Positions 19,978-29,605 of a DNA stretch of 64,000 nt are shown here, piece after piece. The stretch's first letter is position 1, and each line of letters opens with the position of its first letter. The DNA is from Patescibacteria group bacterium (lineage in GTDB: Bacteria > Patescibacteriota > Saccharimonadia > CAILAD01 > BJGX01), in contig JAPLVO010000012.1 in the NCBI GenBank assembly GCA_026397045.1, positions 10,654 to 74,653 on the forward strand, read 5' to 3'. The position numbers and the translations under genes are program-made. The notes beneath the pieces were generated by a model. The model saw only the letters and a program-made list of their open reading frames with translations, did not search any database and was not told the DNA's origin.

Positions 19978-20764
19978 AAGATTTAATTTGTTTACTCAGG
20001 GCCAGAGGCTGATTGTTATTATTAGCGTCTGCGCGGCTCTTGTGTCGATGATGATTTTATATTACACACCGTCGCCGCTATTGCTGGTGCCAATTATTGT
20101 GGCTCTTAACTATGGGTTATTTAGGCGCCTACTGGTAACTAAAAAAATCAGGATGATAATCGCTAAATCTCTCCGGCCATTTATTTGGCTATCTGTAAGT
20201 TTATTTTATTTTTATAGCATCTATAGCATAAATTCTACCCCGGCGTATATATTTATAATTTGTTTGTCGGGCTGCTCTGCAGTATATGGGCTACTTAGCT
20301 ATATCGAGATCCAGCAAGAAACTAATTTGATGCTTAACAACTCTCTGACGCTAGTATTTATACTTATCACGACATCTCTCTCAAGCCTATTGGTATCTTA
20401 TTGGAACTGGCCTGTGCCACTTGTTATGGTTGGCCTCTGGCTTGTTAACTTCCTGATTGGCCTGTGGTGGTTACTGGACTTTACCAACAAACCACAGCTA
20501 CTAGCCGCACTCTGGGGTTTTGTAGTGGTAGAATTGGCCTGGCTGGCTTCACGCTGGACGGTACTATACCAGATCCCTAATCTGCCGCTGATAGTGTCTC
20601 AATTCTCTGCGATTGTCACTTCGTTGGCATATGGTTGGGGAGGGATATACTTTCACTACAAGCACCGTAGCCTCAAAAAAGCCATAGTATTTGAATATTT
20701 AGGTGTCACGATTGTGGTTTTTGCTGCGTTAATATTATTGAATCGCTGGACTAGTCTCGGCTAA
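19955..20764 (+). CDS. Hypothetical polytopic membrane protein
   Basis: A 269-aa protein with 6 or more hydrophobic segments and no recognisable motif. Confidence 0.45.
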   Translation: MNLKATFKRFNLFTQGQRLIVIISVCAALVSMMILYYTPSPLLLVPIIVALNYGLFRRLLVTKKIRMIIAKSLRPFIWLSVSLFYFYSIYSINSTPAYIFIICLSGCSAVYGLLSYIEIQQETNLMLNNSLTLVFILITTSLSSLLVSYWNWPVPLVMVGLWLVNFLIGLWWLLDFTNKPQLLAALWGFVVVELAWLASRWTVLYQIPNLPLIVSQFSAIVTSLAYGWGGIYFHYKHRSLKKAIVFEYLGVTIVVFAALILLNRWTSLG

Positions 20765-20785
20765 ATAATATTTAAAGGAGGTAAT

Positions 20786-21910
20786 TTGAAAGAAAACAGT
20801 TTAAGGGGAAACGCCAAGATATACATATTGGCGGCCTCACTAGCTTTGTTAGCAGGCTTTCTGGGGTCATTGGTCGGTAATTTCGTAATCCGCAAGCTGC
20901 CTAGCACAGTTATAAACCAAAGTAGACAAGTCGTTATCGATGAGCAGACAGCGGTCGTAAATGTCGCCAAGAAGGTTAGCCCTTCAGTGGTTAGTATTGT
21001 GTCCTCAGCAGCTCAGCAGGACCCCTATACTGGTAGCAGTAGTTTGGCTAAAACTGGAGCTGGCACTGGGATTATTATTAGCGCTGAGGGTTTGATAATA
21101 ACTAATAAGCATGTGGTGGAGGGCAGCGATAGTTTTACAGTTTTTATAAGCGATAACACCGAATACAAAAATGCAAAAGTTATTGCTACAGACCCCTTCA
21201 ATGATATCGCATTTATAAAAGTCGATGCCAAGGGATTAAAGCCGGCCGAGCTGGCTGATTCCGATAAGGTAGAGGTTGGCCAAAGTGTGGTGGCTATCGG
21301 TAATGCGCTGGGGCAGTTTCAGAACACCGTTACCACTGGCGTTATTTCTGGTAAATCTCGACCCATCACAGCTAGCAGCGGTGAAGGCGATTCGGAAAGC
21401 CTAACCAACTTATTCCAAACAGATGCCGCAATCAATCCCGGCAACTCCGGCGGGCCGCTCGTTAATATTGAGGGGCAGGTGATTGGTATAAATACTGCGG
21501 CTGCCGGAAGTGCCGAAAATATCGGCTTTGCAATACCTATAAATGATGCTAAAAGTGCTCTCGAATCCGTTATTAAAACTGGAAAAATAGCCCGCCCCTA
21601 TATTGGTGTCCGCTACATCGCCATTAACGATGGGATTGCAAAAGCCAATAACCTTGCTTCTAACACCGGAGCATTGATTTATGGCAAAGGCACTCAGCCG
21701 GCTGTCCTGCCTGGCAGCCCAGCAGATAAAGCAGGGCTACAAGAGGGCGATATTATTATTAAACTTGATGGCAAGGATATTAACGAATTAACTTCAATAA
21801 GCTCGGTGATTGGTAAGAAGAAGTCAGGCGACAAGATTGAAGTTGTGTATTTGCGAGATGGGAAACAAAATAAAGCTACTTTAGTCCTGGATGAGGCTCC
21901 AGCTAGCTAA
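20786..21910 (+). CDS. htrA: HtrA/DegP-family serine protease with a PDZ domain
   Basis: GNSGGPLVN catalytic Ser, the His/Asp triad context, and a C-terminal PDZ. TTG start 6 nt after AAGGAGG. Confidence 0.9.
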   Translation: MKENSLRGNAKIYILAASLALLAGFLGSLVGNFVIRKLPSTVINQSRQVVIDEQTAVVNVAKKVSPSVVSIVSSAAQQDPYTGSSSLAKTGAGTGIIISAEGLIITNKHVVEGSDSFTVFISDNTEYKNAKVIATDPFNDIAFIKVDAKGLKPAELADSDKVEVGQSVVAIGNALGQFQNTVTTGVISGKSRPITASSGEGDSESLTNLFQTDAAINPGNSGGPLVNIEGQVIGINTAAAGSAENIGFAIPINDAKSALESVIKTGKIARPYIGVRYIAINDGIAKANNLASNTGALIYGKGTQPAVLPGSPADKAGLQEGDIIIKLDGKDINELTSISSVIGKKKSGDKIEVVYLRDGKQNKATLVLDEAPAS

Positions 21911-22731
21911 GCTCCTTTTGAAAAGCCAAGTATTAAGTATTCCTCGAGCAGCAATTTAAGTCCTTGCTTTGAGGCTAGTTTCTTTAAGCCACTGTGCTGC
22001 CAGGGGTCTGATTCGTGATAGACAATACTACCAGGCACTAAATGCTCTGAAATTTCGCTGTAAAATTTACGATACAAATCTAGGCCGTCACCTTTGCCGC
22101 CAAAAAGTGCAATAGATGGCTCTTTTTGAACCTCAGGCTTCATATTTGGCTTGTAGTCTTCTGAGACATACGGAAGATTGGTGACAATTGTTTCAAATTT
22201 ACCTTCAATGCCTTTCCAGACATCAGCCTCGACAAAATTTATTTTATTATGGCTGCCTAGTAGGTTTTTGGCGTTAAGTTTGGCCACTTGCATAGCTAGG
22301 GGAGAAACTTCTGTAGCGGTAATTGTGAGGTCTGGGCGGTGCTTGGCAATGGCTATAGCCAGCGCGCCACTCCCGGTGCCTATATCGATTAGCCTTGAGT
22401 TTCTGGGAGCATTACTAATGGCTTGTTCGGCAATAAGCTCGGTTTCAACTCTTGGGCTCAAGACTCTGTTATCAACAAAAAAGTCTATGCCATAAAACTC
22501 TAGTTTGTTGGTGATATAGCATACTGGCTCGCGGTCCACACGGCGTGCTAATGCCTTATTAAATTCTAATCTACTATCTTCATCTAGCTCGTCATTATCG
22601 TGGGCTATAAGCCACTCTTTGGGCTCGCCAAGAGTATTTGCTAGTAGCAGTTCTGAATCTAGCTTGGGGTTGCTTACATCTGCCTCAATAAGCTGCTCTC
22701 TGGCTTTCTGCAGTGCTACTTTGATGATCAT
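21907..22731 (-). CDS. prmC: Release-factor glutamine N5-methyltransferase
   Basis: SAM site IDIGTGSGALAIA and a variant substrate-binding TNLPY (canonical NPPY). Immediately downstream of prfA. Confidence 0.75.
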   Translation of the reverse strand: MIIKVALQKAREQLIEADVSNPKLDSELLLANTLGEPKEWLIAHDNDELDEDSRLEFNKALARRVDREPVCYITNKLEFYGIDFFVDNRVLSPRVETELIAEQAISNAPRNSRLIDIGTGSGALAIAIAKHRPDLTITATEVSPLAMQVAKLNAKNLLGSHNKINFVEADVWKGIEGKFETIVTNLPYVSEDYKPNMKPEVQKEPSIALFGGKGDGLDLYRKFYSEISEHLVPGSIVYHESDPWQHSGLKKLASKQGLKLLLEEYLILGFSKGA

Positions 22732-23795
22732 GATGAACTAGAGACGGCTTTATCTGTGGCGGCATCTCTTAGTGCTTTAAGTAGTTCTTGGATGCCCCCA
22801 TCCATTACCTTGGCTAGATTATGAGCCGTGTAGCCAATGCGGTGGTCTGTGACACGGTCTTGAGGGTAGTTGTAAGTACGAATTTTTTCACTTCTATCGC
22901 CAGTACCTATTTGCCCTCGGCGAGTATCGCCCATCTCCTGGGCCTCTTTTTGGGCCTGTGCATCTAGCAGCCTAGCTCTAAGCACACCCATAGCCTTAAG
23001 CTTATTTTTGAGTTGCGATTTTTCGTCCTGGCAAGTCACCACAATGCCACTAGGCAAGTGAGTGATTCGAACGGCGCTATCGGTGGTATTTACGCTCTGG
23101 CCACCATTGCCACTAGACCTGTACACATCCACCCTGAGTTCATTTTGGTTAATCTCGATGTCTTGCTGGTCGGCCTCTGGCAGTACTGCTACAGTTGCGG
23201 TAGAAGTGTGGATTCTTCCAGCACTTTCGGTGACAGGCACCCTCTGCACCCTATGCACACCAGATTCATATTTTAGAGTGCCATAAGGAGAATCACCACT
23301 AATTTGGGCAATTACTTCCTTGTAGCCACCTGCTGGGTTGGGGCTCTCACTTAGGAGGCTCAGTTTTAAGCTATTGTCTTCGCAGAACCTCGCATACATT
23401 CGTAGCAAATCGCCTGCAAAAATACTGCTTTCATCGCCACCTGCTCCAGCACGAATTTCAATAATTGCATTTTTGGAATCATTAGGGTCGATCGGTATTA
23501 GAGCTATTCTTATCTCCGACTGTAATGATTCTATTAGAGGCTCTAGCCTGGCTACTTCTTCAGTCGCGAAGTCTTTCATATCTGCATCTGAGAGCATTTC
23601 GGTAGCAGCAACAAGGTCGGCCTCAGCATCACTCACTTGCTGGTACAGACTCAGCCTTTCGCTAAGCTGTCTTTGTCGGTTCACTAATTTGCCCGATTCG
23701 GCACTTGCGTATATTTTAGGATCAGCTAATTTAGCCTCAATTAATTCAAGCTCATGTCTCGTATTGGTAATGGTGGTTTGGTTAATAGTGCTCAT
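22728..23795 (-). CDS. prfA: Peptide chain release factor 1
   Basis: GGQ motif (SSGNGGQSVNTTDSAVRITHLPSG) and the RF1-specific PVT tripeptide. Confidence 0.95.
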   Translation of the reverse strand: MSTINQTTITNTRHELELIEAKLADPKIYASAESGKLVNRQRQLSERLSLYQQVSDAEADLVAATEMLSDADMKDFATEEVARLEPLIESLQSEIRIALIPIDPNDSKNAIIEIRAGAGGDESSIFAGDLLRMYARFCEDNSLKLSLLSESPNPAGGYKEVIAQISGDSPYGTLKYESGVHRVQRVPVTESAGRIHTSTATVAVLPEADQQDIEINQNELRVDVYRSSGNGGQSVNTTDSAVRITHLPSGIVVTCQDEKSQLKNKLKAMGVLRARLLDAQAQKEAQEMGDTRRGQIGTGDRSEKIRTYNYPQDRVTDHRIGYTAHNLAKVMDGGIQELLKALRDAATDKAVSSSS

Positions 23796-23845
23796 ACATA
23801 CAAATAATACCCTAATTATAGGGTATTATCGTGTTTATTTATTAT

Positions 23846-24208
23846 TTATTGTTCGTTTGGCTGCTCTAATGGGCTTGGCTTCTGGTTTAGCTTAGGCTTC
23901 GGCTTAGAGGTGCTTGCGGCTGCTGTGGGCGTGGTTTTGGAAATCTTGGCCTGCTTGCGTTTAGCCTCTTTAATGGCTTTTTTGCCTAGGTCATCTCGGC
24001 GAGATTTGGCAGCCTCAGATCTTGCTCGGAACCTATCGACTCTTCCGGCAGTATCGACTAGCTTTTGTTTGCCAGTATAGAATGGGTGACACTGGCTACA
24101 AACATCTACTGTAATATCATCGACCGTAGAGGTCGATTCAAAGGTAGTGCCGCAGCCCAGGCAGGCAACTTTAGTTTTCTTTATTTCGGGGTGTATACCA
24201 GCTCTCAT
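23846..24208 (-). CDS. rpmE: 50S ribosomal protein L31 with a basic C-terminal extension of about 50 aa
   Basis: [11 protein letters not shown]...CLGCG...[12 protein letters not shown] zinc-ribbon L31 core. 120 aa versus the usual ~70. Confidence 0.85.
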   Translation of the reverse strand: MRAGIHPEIKKTKVACLGCGTTFESTSTVDDITVDVCSQCHPFYTGKQKLVDTAGRVDRFRARSEAAKSRRDDLGKKAIKEAKRKQAKISKTTPTAAASTSKPKPKLNQKPSPLEQPNEQ

Positions 24209-24251
24209 AATTTTACAATAATATCAGATTATGCCCCCAAGGTCAAACCTA

Positions 24252-24635
24252 TTAACTTGATGTAGCCTTGCCGAGCTTGGCGGAAAGTAAAAGTTGCCGA
24301 GTATCGCCGGTACCATCCGTTATCTCTGTTTTTTGAGTTTCATCGTAGTAGCTCACTAAGTAGTGGCTCATTATCTCTTGCAGATCCTTCTGTTTGAGTT
24401 TTTCGTCGTCTAAGTCGGCATTGATCTTCTGAAAATCTTTATCAGCCAAAAGTAGCTTTTTAGCTTCTGCCCGCTTGGTGCTAAGCTCTTTTATTTCTTC
24501 CTCTAGCTTACGATATTCATCGTTTTGCTCCATCACATCTTTTAACTGCTCTCTTATTGTTCTTATTTTTTCTTTAGACTCTGTAATCTCTGGCATTAAT
24601 CTGTGTATCGACTCGAGCGGTGTTTTGTCTTCCAT
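24252..24635 (-). CDS. Hypothetical coiled-coil protein
   Basis: A 127-aa, charged, heptad-rich protein. Lies in the rpmE-prfA gene string. Confidence 0.4.
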   Translation of the reverse strand: MEDKTPLESIHRLMPEITESKEKIRTIREQLKDVMEQNDEYRKLEEEIKELSTKRAEAKKLLLADKDFQKINADLDDEKLKQKDLQEIMSHYLVSYYDETQKTEITDGTGDTRQLLLSAKLGKATSS

Positions 24636-24698
24636 ATTTCTCCTTATTCAAATAACTATTATAACGCCTGAGCTTGGATTGCCAAGAGTATTTTTAAA

Positions 24699-25397
24699 TT
24701 ATTTGCGAGCTTGAGCATTACGAGCAATCTGCATAATAGTTTCTTCATCATCTGTAATCGTATATAGGCCCATGTCAGCCGCGTCGATAGTCCCGGTTGG
24801 CAGCATCAGGCTGCGATGCATATGTTCATTTAGAGTCTCCCAGAAATAGGCGCCAACACATACTATTGGTACGCGATTTATCTTGGCTGTTTGCACTAGC
24901 GTCAATATTTCATAAAATTCATCCATGGTGCCAAAGCCACCCGGGAAATAAATATACATTCGGGCTGCAAAAGCCAGTACAACTTTGCGCGTAAAAAAGT
25001 ATTGAAAGGGTATTTCTTGAGTGATGTATTCATTTGTAACCTGTTTGTGCGGGATTTTTATGGTGGCAGCTACAGATTTGCCTCCTGCTTCGAATGCCCC
25101 CCGACTGGCAGCCTCCATGATACCCCCACCGCCACCTGTTACTACGGTGTAGTCAAGCTCTTCGGAGAGCCGCCGGGCAAGCTGGCGAGCCTTAATGTAG
25201 TCGGGGTGGTTTTCATCGAAGCGGGCAGAACCAAAGAAAGTCACCTTTTTGGGGTATCGACTCATCAGTTCAAGGCCCTGAGTTATTTCTTCGTTTATTC
25301 GGCAGACTCGCTGGGCATTGTTATCGCCAGGCTCTGTGACAAGGCAGGCCTTCTGGATCTCTTCTAGCGAAAGCGGTTTTATTTTAGATTCGCTCAT
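24699..25397 (-). CDS. LOG-family (TIGR00730) Rossmann-fold nucleotide-binding protein / cytokinin riboside 5'-monophosphate phosphoribohydrolase-like
   Basis: LOG motifs VTGGGGGIMEAASRGA and PGGFGTMDE. Confidence 0.8.
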   Translation of the reverse strand: MSESKIKPLSLEEIQKACLVTEPGDNNAQRVCRINEEITQGLELMSRYPKKVTFFGSARFDENHPDYIKARQLARRLSEELDYTVVTGGGGGIMEAASRGAFEAGGKSVAATIKIPHKQVTNEYITQEIPFQYFFTRKVVLAFAARMYIYFPGGFGTMDEFYEILTLVQTAKINRVPIVCVGAYFWETLNEHMHRSLMLPTGTIDAADMGLYTITDDEETIMQIARNAQARK

Positions 25398-25594
25398 GCA
25401 TATTATTTTAACTGGTTATGATTAATTAGTCCAAAGTATTTTAGATATATTATCTAAAACCCACTATTATCCCCTTAGTATTTCAGTTTGTTTGCTAGCT
25501 GTTCGTATTATCAGCTATAATACCGATGCCTCTAGCACCTAGTGGGTTTTTGCTAGCACCACATTTAGCGCTTTAAAAAGTATGCCAAACACTA

Positions 25595-25623
25595 TTTACA
25601 AACCAATTATGCTTCGGTAATAT
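25595..25623 (+). promoter_or_regulatory. Sigma70-like promoter for the small peptide ORF
   Basis: TTTACA, a 17-nt spacer, then TAATAT. Confidence 0.45.
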
Positions 25624-25668
25624 AGATATCAGTTGATACATATTTAAACAAACAGGAGGGTTAGTGAT

Positions 25669-25779
25669 ATGCCAGAAAAAGCCAAAACCACAGGCACAAT
25701 TAAAGATGACGACTGGGACAAGCCAATGACCTGCCCAATCGATCCAAAAGAGCTCGCTGAGTGCGAAGCTTGCCAGTAG
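25669..25779 (+). CDS. Small 36-aa Cys-containing peptide (MPEKAKTTGTIKDDDWDKPMTCPIDPKELAECEACQ)
   Basis: Strong SD AGGAGGG 8 nt upstream, the promoter above, and a hairpin terminator below. Absent from the ORF track because it is under 60 aa. Confidence 0.45.
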   Translation: MPEKAKTTGTIKDDDWDKPMTCPIDPKELAECEACQ

Positions 25780-25842
25780 CAAAAGTAGCAAAATTCTAGC
25801 TGCACTCATGTGAGGCTTTTGCATATAAAATTAAATAACACA

Positions 25843-25877
25843 AAACCCCCACTAATAAATAGCGGGGGTTTTGATTT
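25843..25877. terminator. Hairpin terminator between the small peptide gene (+) and the rpf-like gene (-)
   Basis: CCCCC...GGGGG stem with T-runs on both strands. Confidence 0.5.
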
Positions 25878-25902
25878 ATGGCTTGTGCTAGCTAGCTTAG
25901 GC

Positions 25903-26502
25903 TTATAAAAGACCTAATCTACGAGCACATGATGGCCATGGAGACCAGCCACGTCGGGACTGAGTTTCGCGAGCCTTGGCATCCTGAACTTCAGGAGGAG
26001 CAAGGTCGGGGCGGGCATAGCCGCCATAATTGGCCCAAGTACTCATATCGTACTGGTAGGCACCATAGTAGCCGTTACCTGTGTTGGTGTTGTAGTTACC
26101 ACCAGCTTCACAGAATCTAAGCTTGGCAAAGGCGTCATCGCCACCAATTACAAGCTTAGTAGCATTGGCCGCAGGGCCTGCCTTAGCAATAGACTTAAGC
26201 TGTTGTGCCTTTAGGGCAGCTTCAGCGTCAGCCTTGGCCTTGGCTTCCTGTGAGGCCTTAAGGGGCTTTACGACAGCATCGATAAAAGTAGGACGCTTGT
26301 CTTTGACTGAAAGGGACAGGGTGTTTGTGTTAAGGTTCAAATCGTAGTCTTGCTTGGCTGTACTCTCAGCCTGGCTGATAGCCAGTGCTGGCTCGGCGAC
26401 AGTAACTTGTACGGGGTTGATCGCCTGTTGTAGTAGCACCAATACGGTGAATACTGCTATATATAAGTTACGCATAGGTTTGATAGATGGCTTGCTGGGC
26501 AA
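25903..26502 (-). CDS. Secreted Rpf-like (resuscitation-promoting factor) transglycosylase-domain protein
   Basis: Signal peptide. The C-terminal FCEAGGNYNTNTGNGYYGAYQYDMSTWANYGG...GWSPWPSCA matches the Rpf core CESGGNW..NTGNGYYGGLQF..TW..YGG...W..WP.C. TTG start with AGGTGG SD, or alternatively the ATG at 26475. Confidence 0.7.
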   Translation of the reverse strand: MPSKPSIKPMRNLYIAVFTVLVLLQQAINPVQVTVAEPALAISQAESTAKQDYDLNLNTNTLSLSVKDKRPTFIDAVVKPLKASQEAKAKADAEAALKAQQLKSIAKAGPAANATKLVIGGDDAFAKLRFCEAGGNYNTNTGNGYYGAYQYDMSTWANYGGYARPDLAPPEVQDAKARETQSRRGWSPWPSCARRLGLL

Positions 26503-26822
26503 TACCCACCTAGTTAAACTTCCTCGTTTAATGTTGTTTTGCCAAGAACGATTTCGACCTCAAAATATGAGTTCGTTCTTATGTCTACTGCTCAACTGAA
26601 AAGAGACCTTAATTAGGGTCTCTCAATTGAACAGACGATATTATACCAAGCATAAGCGTATTTGTCAAGGGTATTAGTGGCCTGGGCTAATTCCAACAGG
26701 TTAAAACAGCATTTGCGCTCATGCTTGACAGCTATTGGGCAGGACTATTATTGATGCCTATGAGCTATTTACCAAAATAAAAGGATATGGTATAAATAGA
26801 GGCCACCCTAAAAGGAGAAAAT

Positions 26823-27278
26823 ATGGCTATTGCCTATATTGGTATGGGCTTGCCTGGTGCAGGCAAGACTACTTACCTAGTTAAGCTAGCGCAATTGATT
26901 GATGCCCAATATATCTGTGCTGATGAAATAAGGGCAGAGCTTTACGGCTCAGCAGAAATCCAAGGTGATCCCCCAGAAGTATGGAGAATTGTTCACGAAA
27001 GAGCCAGTGCTGCACTTGATAGTGGCAAGGATGTCATTATAGACGGCACCCATGCTAAAAAAGCCGACAGAAGGGCTACGATAGAAAGCTGTAAGACCGC
27101 AATCAAAATCCACTTAATATGGTTTAAGACGCCATACCATGAGTGCTTGAAGCGGAATTCGCTACGAGACAGGGTTGTACCAAAGCAAGATATCGATGAG
27201 ATGAAATGGCAGCTAGAACAACAGCCACCGCTCAATTCGGAAGGTTTTAATGAGCTGGAGATAATATACAGCCGATAA
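26823..27278 (+). CDS. P-loop kinase (AAA_33-like; polynucleotide kinase / zeta-toxin-like fold)
   Basis: Walker A GMGLPGAGKTTY in a 151-aa protein. Confidence 0.5.
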   Translation: MAIAYIGMGLPGAGKTTYLVKLAQLIDAQYICADEIRAELYGSAEIQGDPPEVWRIVHERASAALDSGKDVIIDGTHAKKADRRATIESCKTAIKIHLIWFKTPYHECLKRNSLRDRVVPKQDIDEMKWQLEQQPPLNSEGFNELEIIYSR

Positions 27279-27305
27279 AATGATCTAAAAAAGCACCTTT
27301 TAATT

Positions 27306-27329
27306 AAGCCGCCCCAGTAGGGGCGGCTT
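27306..27329. terminator. GC-rich hairpin between convergent genes (kinase + and typA -)
   Basis: Perfect 10-bp stem AAGCCGCCCC/GGGGCGGCTT with a 4-nt loop. A/T-rich flanks but no immediate U-tract. Confidence 0.5.
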
Positions 27330-27334
27330 AAAAA

Positions 27335-29161
27335 TTACCTGTTATTATTTGATTTCTTTCTTTCATGAGGTGAAAGGTATTTTTTGCGTATTCTTATGGT
27401 CTCTGGAGTCACCTCGAGGAGCTCATCGGCCTCGATAAAGTCGATAGCCTGTTCTAGGCTGAGGTTAGTGAAGGGGGAAAGCTTGGTGGCATCATCCGAA
27501 CCAGATGCCCGTACATTAGTCAGCTTCTTTTCTTTGGCAACATTTATTTCCATATCATCACTACGGGAATTTAAGCCAATAACCATTCCGCCGTATACTT
27601 TTGTGCCAGGACCGATATAGGCTGTGCCTCGAGCCTCGACTGTTTGCAGGCTGTAAGGTGTGGCTGTACCAGTTTCGGCTGCAATCAGAGCACCCTTGCG
27701 AAGCTGCTGGAGCCCAGCAGTAGCCGGTGCATAGCCAATGGAAAGCGAATTCATAATTACCGTACCTTTTGTGGCAGTCAGAAGGATATTGCGTAGTCCT
27801 AGCAATGTTCTGGTGGGAAGTTCATAAATGAGTTCAGTGGTGTTCTTGGTAGTGGCCCTTTGATCCTTAATTAGCGCCTTGCGCTGTCCTAGCTCTCTTT
27901 GAATAGTTCCTGAGTATTCATCAGGTACTTCAACGGTAAGTTCTTCGATTGGCTCCATAGTTTGGCCGTCTTCTTGCTTGGTTATAACCTGCGGTCGTCC
28001 TACTTCTAGTTCAAACCCTTCGCGCCGCATCGTCTCTATGAGCACTGAAAGGTGCAGCTCGCCCCTTCCAGAGACAAGAAACTGCGTATCTCGCTCGTCG
28101 ACTAAAAGCCCGACATTGGTTTCGAGTTCTTTGTGGAGTCTAGCGGCAATCTGTCGAGATGTCGTAAGCGATCCCTCTTGCCCAGCAAATGGTGAAGTAT
28201 TGGGGCCTATGCCAATTTGCAAAGTCGGCGGAGCTATTTCCATAACAGGAAGAGCTTCGGGGTTGGTAGGATCGGCGAGTGTTTCTCCGATAGATGCAGA
28301 ATCTATACCTGTAAAAGAAACAATATCACCCGCTCGGACTTCTGGAACTTCCTTGCGGTCCAGGCCTTCATTAACGAAGACTTTTTCGATCTTAGATTTG
28401 ATATGGTTACCTTTTGCGTCAATCACCACCACGGCTTGGCCTGGCTTAGCACTGCCTCTGCGAATTCGACCGATGCAGTATTTGCCCTGGTAGCTGTCCC
28501 AATCTAGGGCTGTAACAAGCATCTGGAAGGGGGCATCTAGATCGGCCTGAGGAGCCGGAATATGGTTGAGTATAGCCTCAAAGATAGGCGTTAGGTCGGC
28601 AGTAATTGTCATGTCTTCGGGAATTTCACTCCACGAAACGCCATCTCGGCCAATTGCATAATAAATAGGGAAGTCCAGCTGATCCTCTTCAGTTGCAAGG
28701 TCTAAAAATAAGTTACTTATTTCGTCCTCGACATCTTTAATTCGGGCATCACGCTTGTCTATTTTGTTAATTACAACGACCGGCTTTAGCCCTAGCTGGA
28801 GGGCCTTTTGTAGTACAAATTTGGTCTGAGGCATTGGGCCTTCTTGAGCATCAACTATAAGCAAAACACCATCAGCCATATTGAGTGTACGCTCAACTTC
28901 GCCAGAAAAGTCGGCGTGCCCAGGAGTATCGATGATATTTATTTTGGTGTCACCGTACTGAACAGCAGTTTGCTTAGCGGAAATAGTAATACCGCGTTCG
29001 CGCTCTAAATCGCCAGTATCTAAGATAGTAGTTTGGCTCATTTCAGCTTGGTTGTCGCGGAATGAGTTGGATTGCTTTAAAAGACCATCAACCAAGGTGG
29101 TTTTGCCATGGTCTACATGGGCAATGATTGCAATATTTCGGATGTTATCTGGATTTGTCAT
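27335..29161 (-). CDS. typA: Translational GTPase TypA/BipA
   Basis: [20 protein letters not shown]1 motif, 608 aa, EF-G-like domains. Confidence 0.9.
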   Translation of the reverse strand: MTNPDNIRNIAIIAHVDHGKTTLVDGLLKQSNSFRDNQAEMSQTTILDTGDLERERGITISAKQTAVQYGDTKINIIDTPGHADFSGEVERTLNMADGVLLIVDAQEGPMPQTKFVLQKALQLGLKPVVVINKIDKRDARIKDVEDEISNLFLDLATEEDQLDFPIYYAIGRDGVSWSEIPEDMTITADLTPIFEAILNHIPAPQADLDAPFQMLVTALDWDSYQGKYCIGRIRRGSAKPGQAVVVIDAKGNHIKSKIEKVFVNEGLDRKEVPEVRAGDIVSFTGIDSASIGETLADPTNPEALPVMEIAPPTLQIGIGPNTSPFAGQEGSLTTSRQIAARLHKELETNVGLLVDERDTQFLVSGRGELHLSVLIETMRREGFELEVGRPQVITKQEDGQTMEPIEELTVEVPDEYSGTIQRELGQRKALIKDQRATTKNTTELIYELPTRTLLGLRNILLTATKGTVIMNSLSIGYAPATAGLQQLRKGALIAAETGTATPYSLQTVEARGTAYIGPGTKVYGGMVIGLNSRSDDMEINVAKEKKLTNVRASGSDDATKLSPFTNLSLEQAIDFIEADELLEVTPETIRIRKKYLSPHERKKSNNNR

Positions 29162-29351
29162 AGTTATAATTAAAAATAAAAAGCCCCACTTAGGGCTTAC
29201 CTAGTAATTGACTTAAGACTATATCATAAAAACTATGCGGTGTCGAGCTATTAAAGACTTCAGCTTAGGCAGTTTTCTTGATCAAGGGCTCAATATGTGT
29301 AATAATTATTACCCAGTTGGTTACCTTTGAAACTATGTACCTAGGGGGGAA

Positions 29352-29513
29352 ATGTACGGTTTAGTAGATGGAGAATGGCAGTTAGCAATCTTTTTAGTGG
29401 TAGCATCCGTGGCGTTACTCGTCATGGCTCACCTTATTCCTGGAAAATCCACAAAATCCGCCCAACAGAGCGAGATTTTACAGAAGGAACGAAGTGCTAA
29501 CAAGCCGGAATAG
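29352..29513 (+). CDS. Possible small single-TM protein (53 aa)
   Basis: An ORF in the 445-bp intergenic region, with a purine-rich stretch upstream and a hairpin at 29527-29560 downstream. Weak. Confidence 0.2.
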   Translation: MYGLVDGEWQLAIFLVVASVALLVMAHLIPGKSTKSAQQSEILQKERSANKPE

Positions 29514-29605
29514 ACTTAATTAAAAGATAACAGGGCTCTCGTTAATTCGAGAGCCCTGAAACATTTTTGTAGTAAAAAGCCTAATAATTGCTACAATAAT
29601 TAAAT

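Noticed and set aside
23338-23895. A 185-aa plus-strand ORF overlapping prfA and rpmE
   Set aside because: Antisense to two strongly supported genes, with a low-complexity Ser/Leu-rich translation.
25573-25824. An 83-aa minus-strand ORF (MQKPHMSAARILLLLLLASF...)
   Set aside because: Low-complexity translation with no SD or promoter. It overlaps the plus-strand 36-aa peptide gene, which has a promoter, a strong SD and a terminator.
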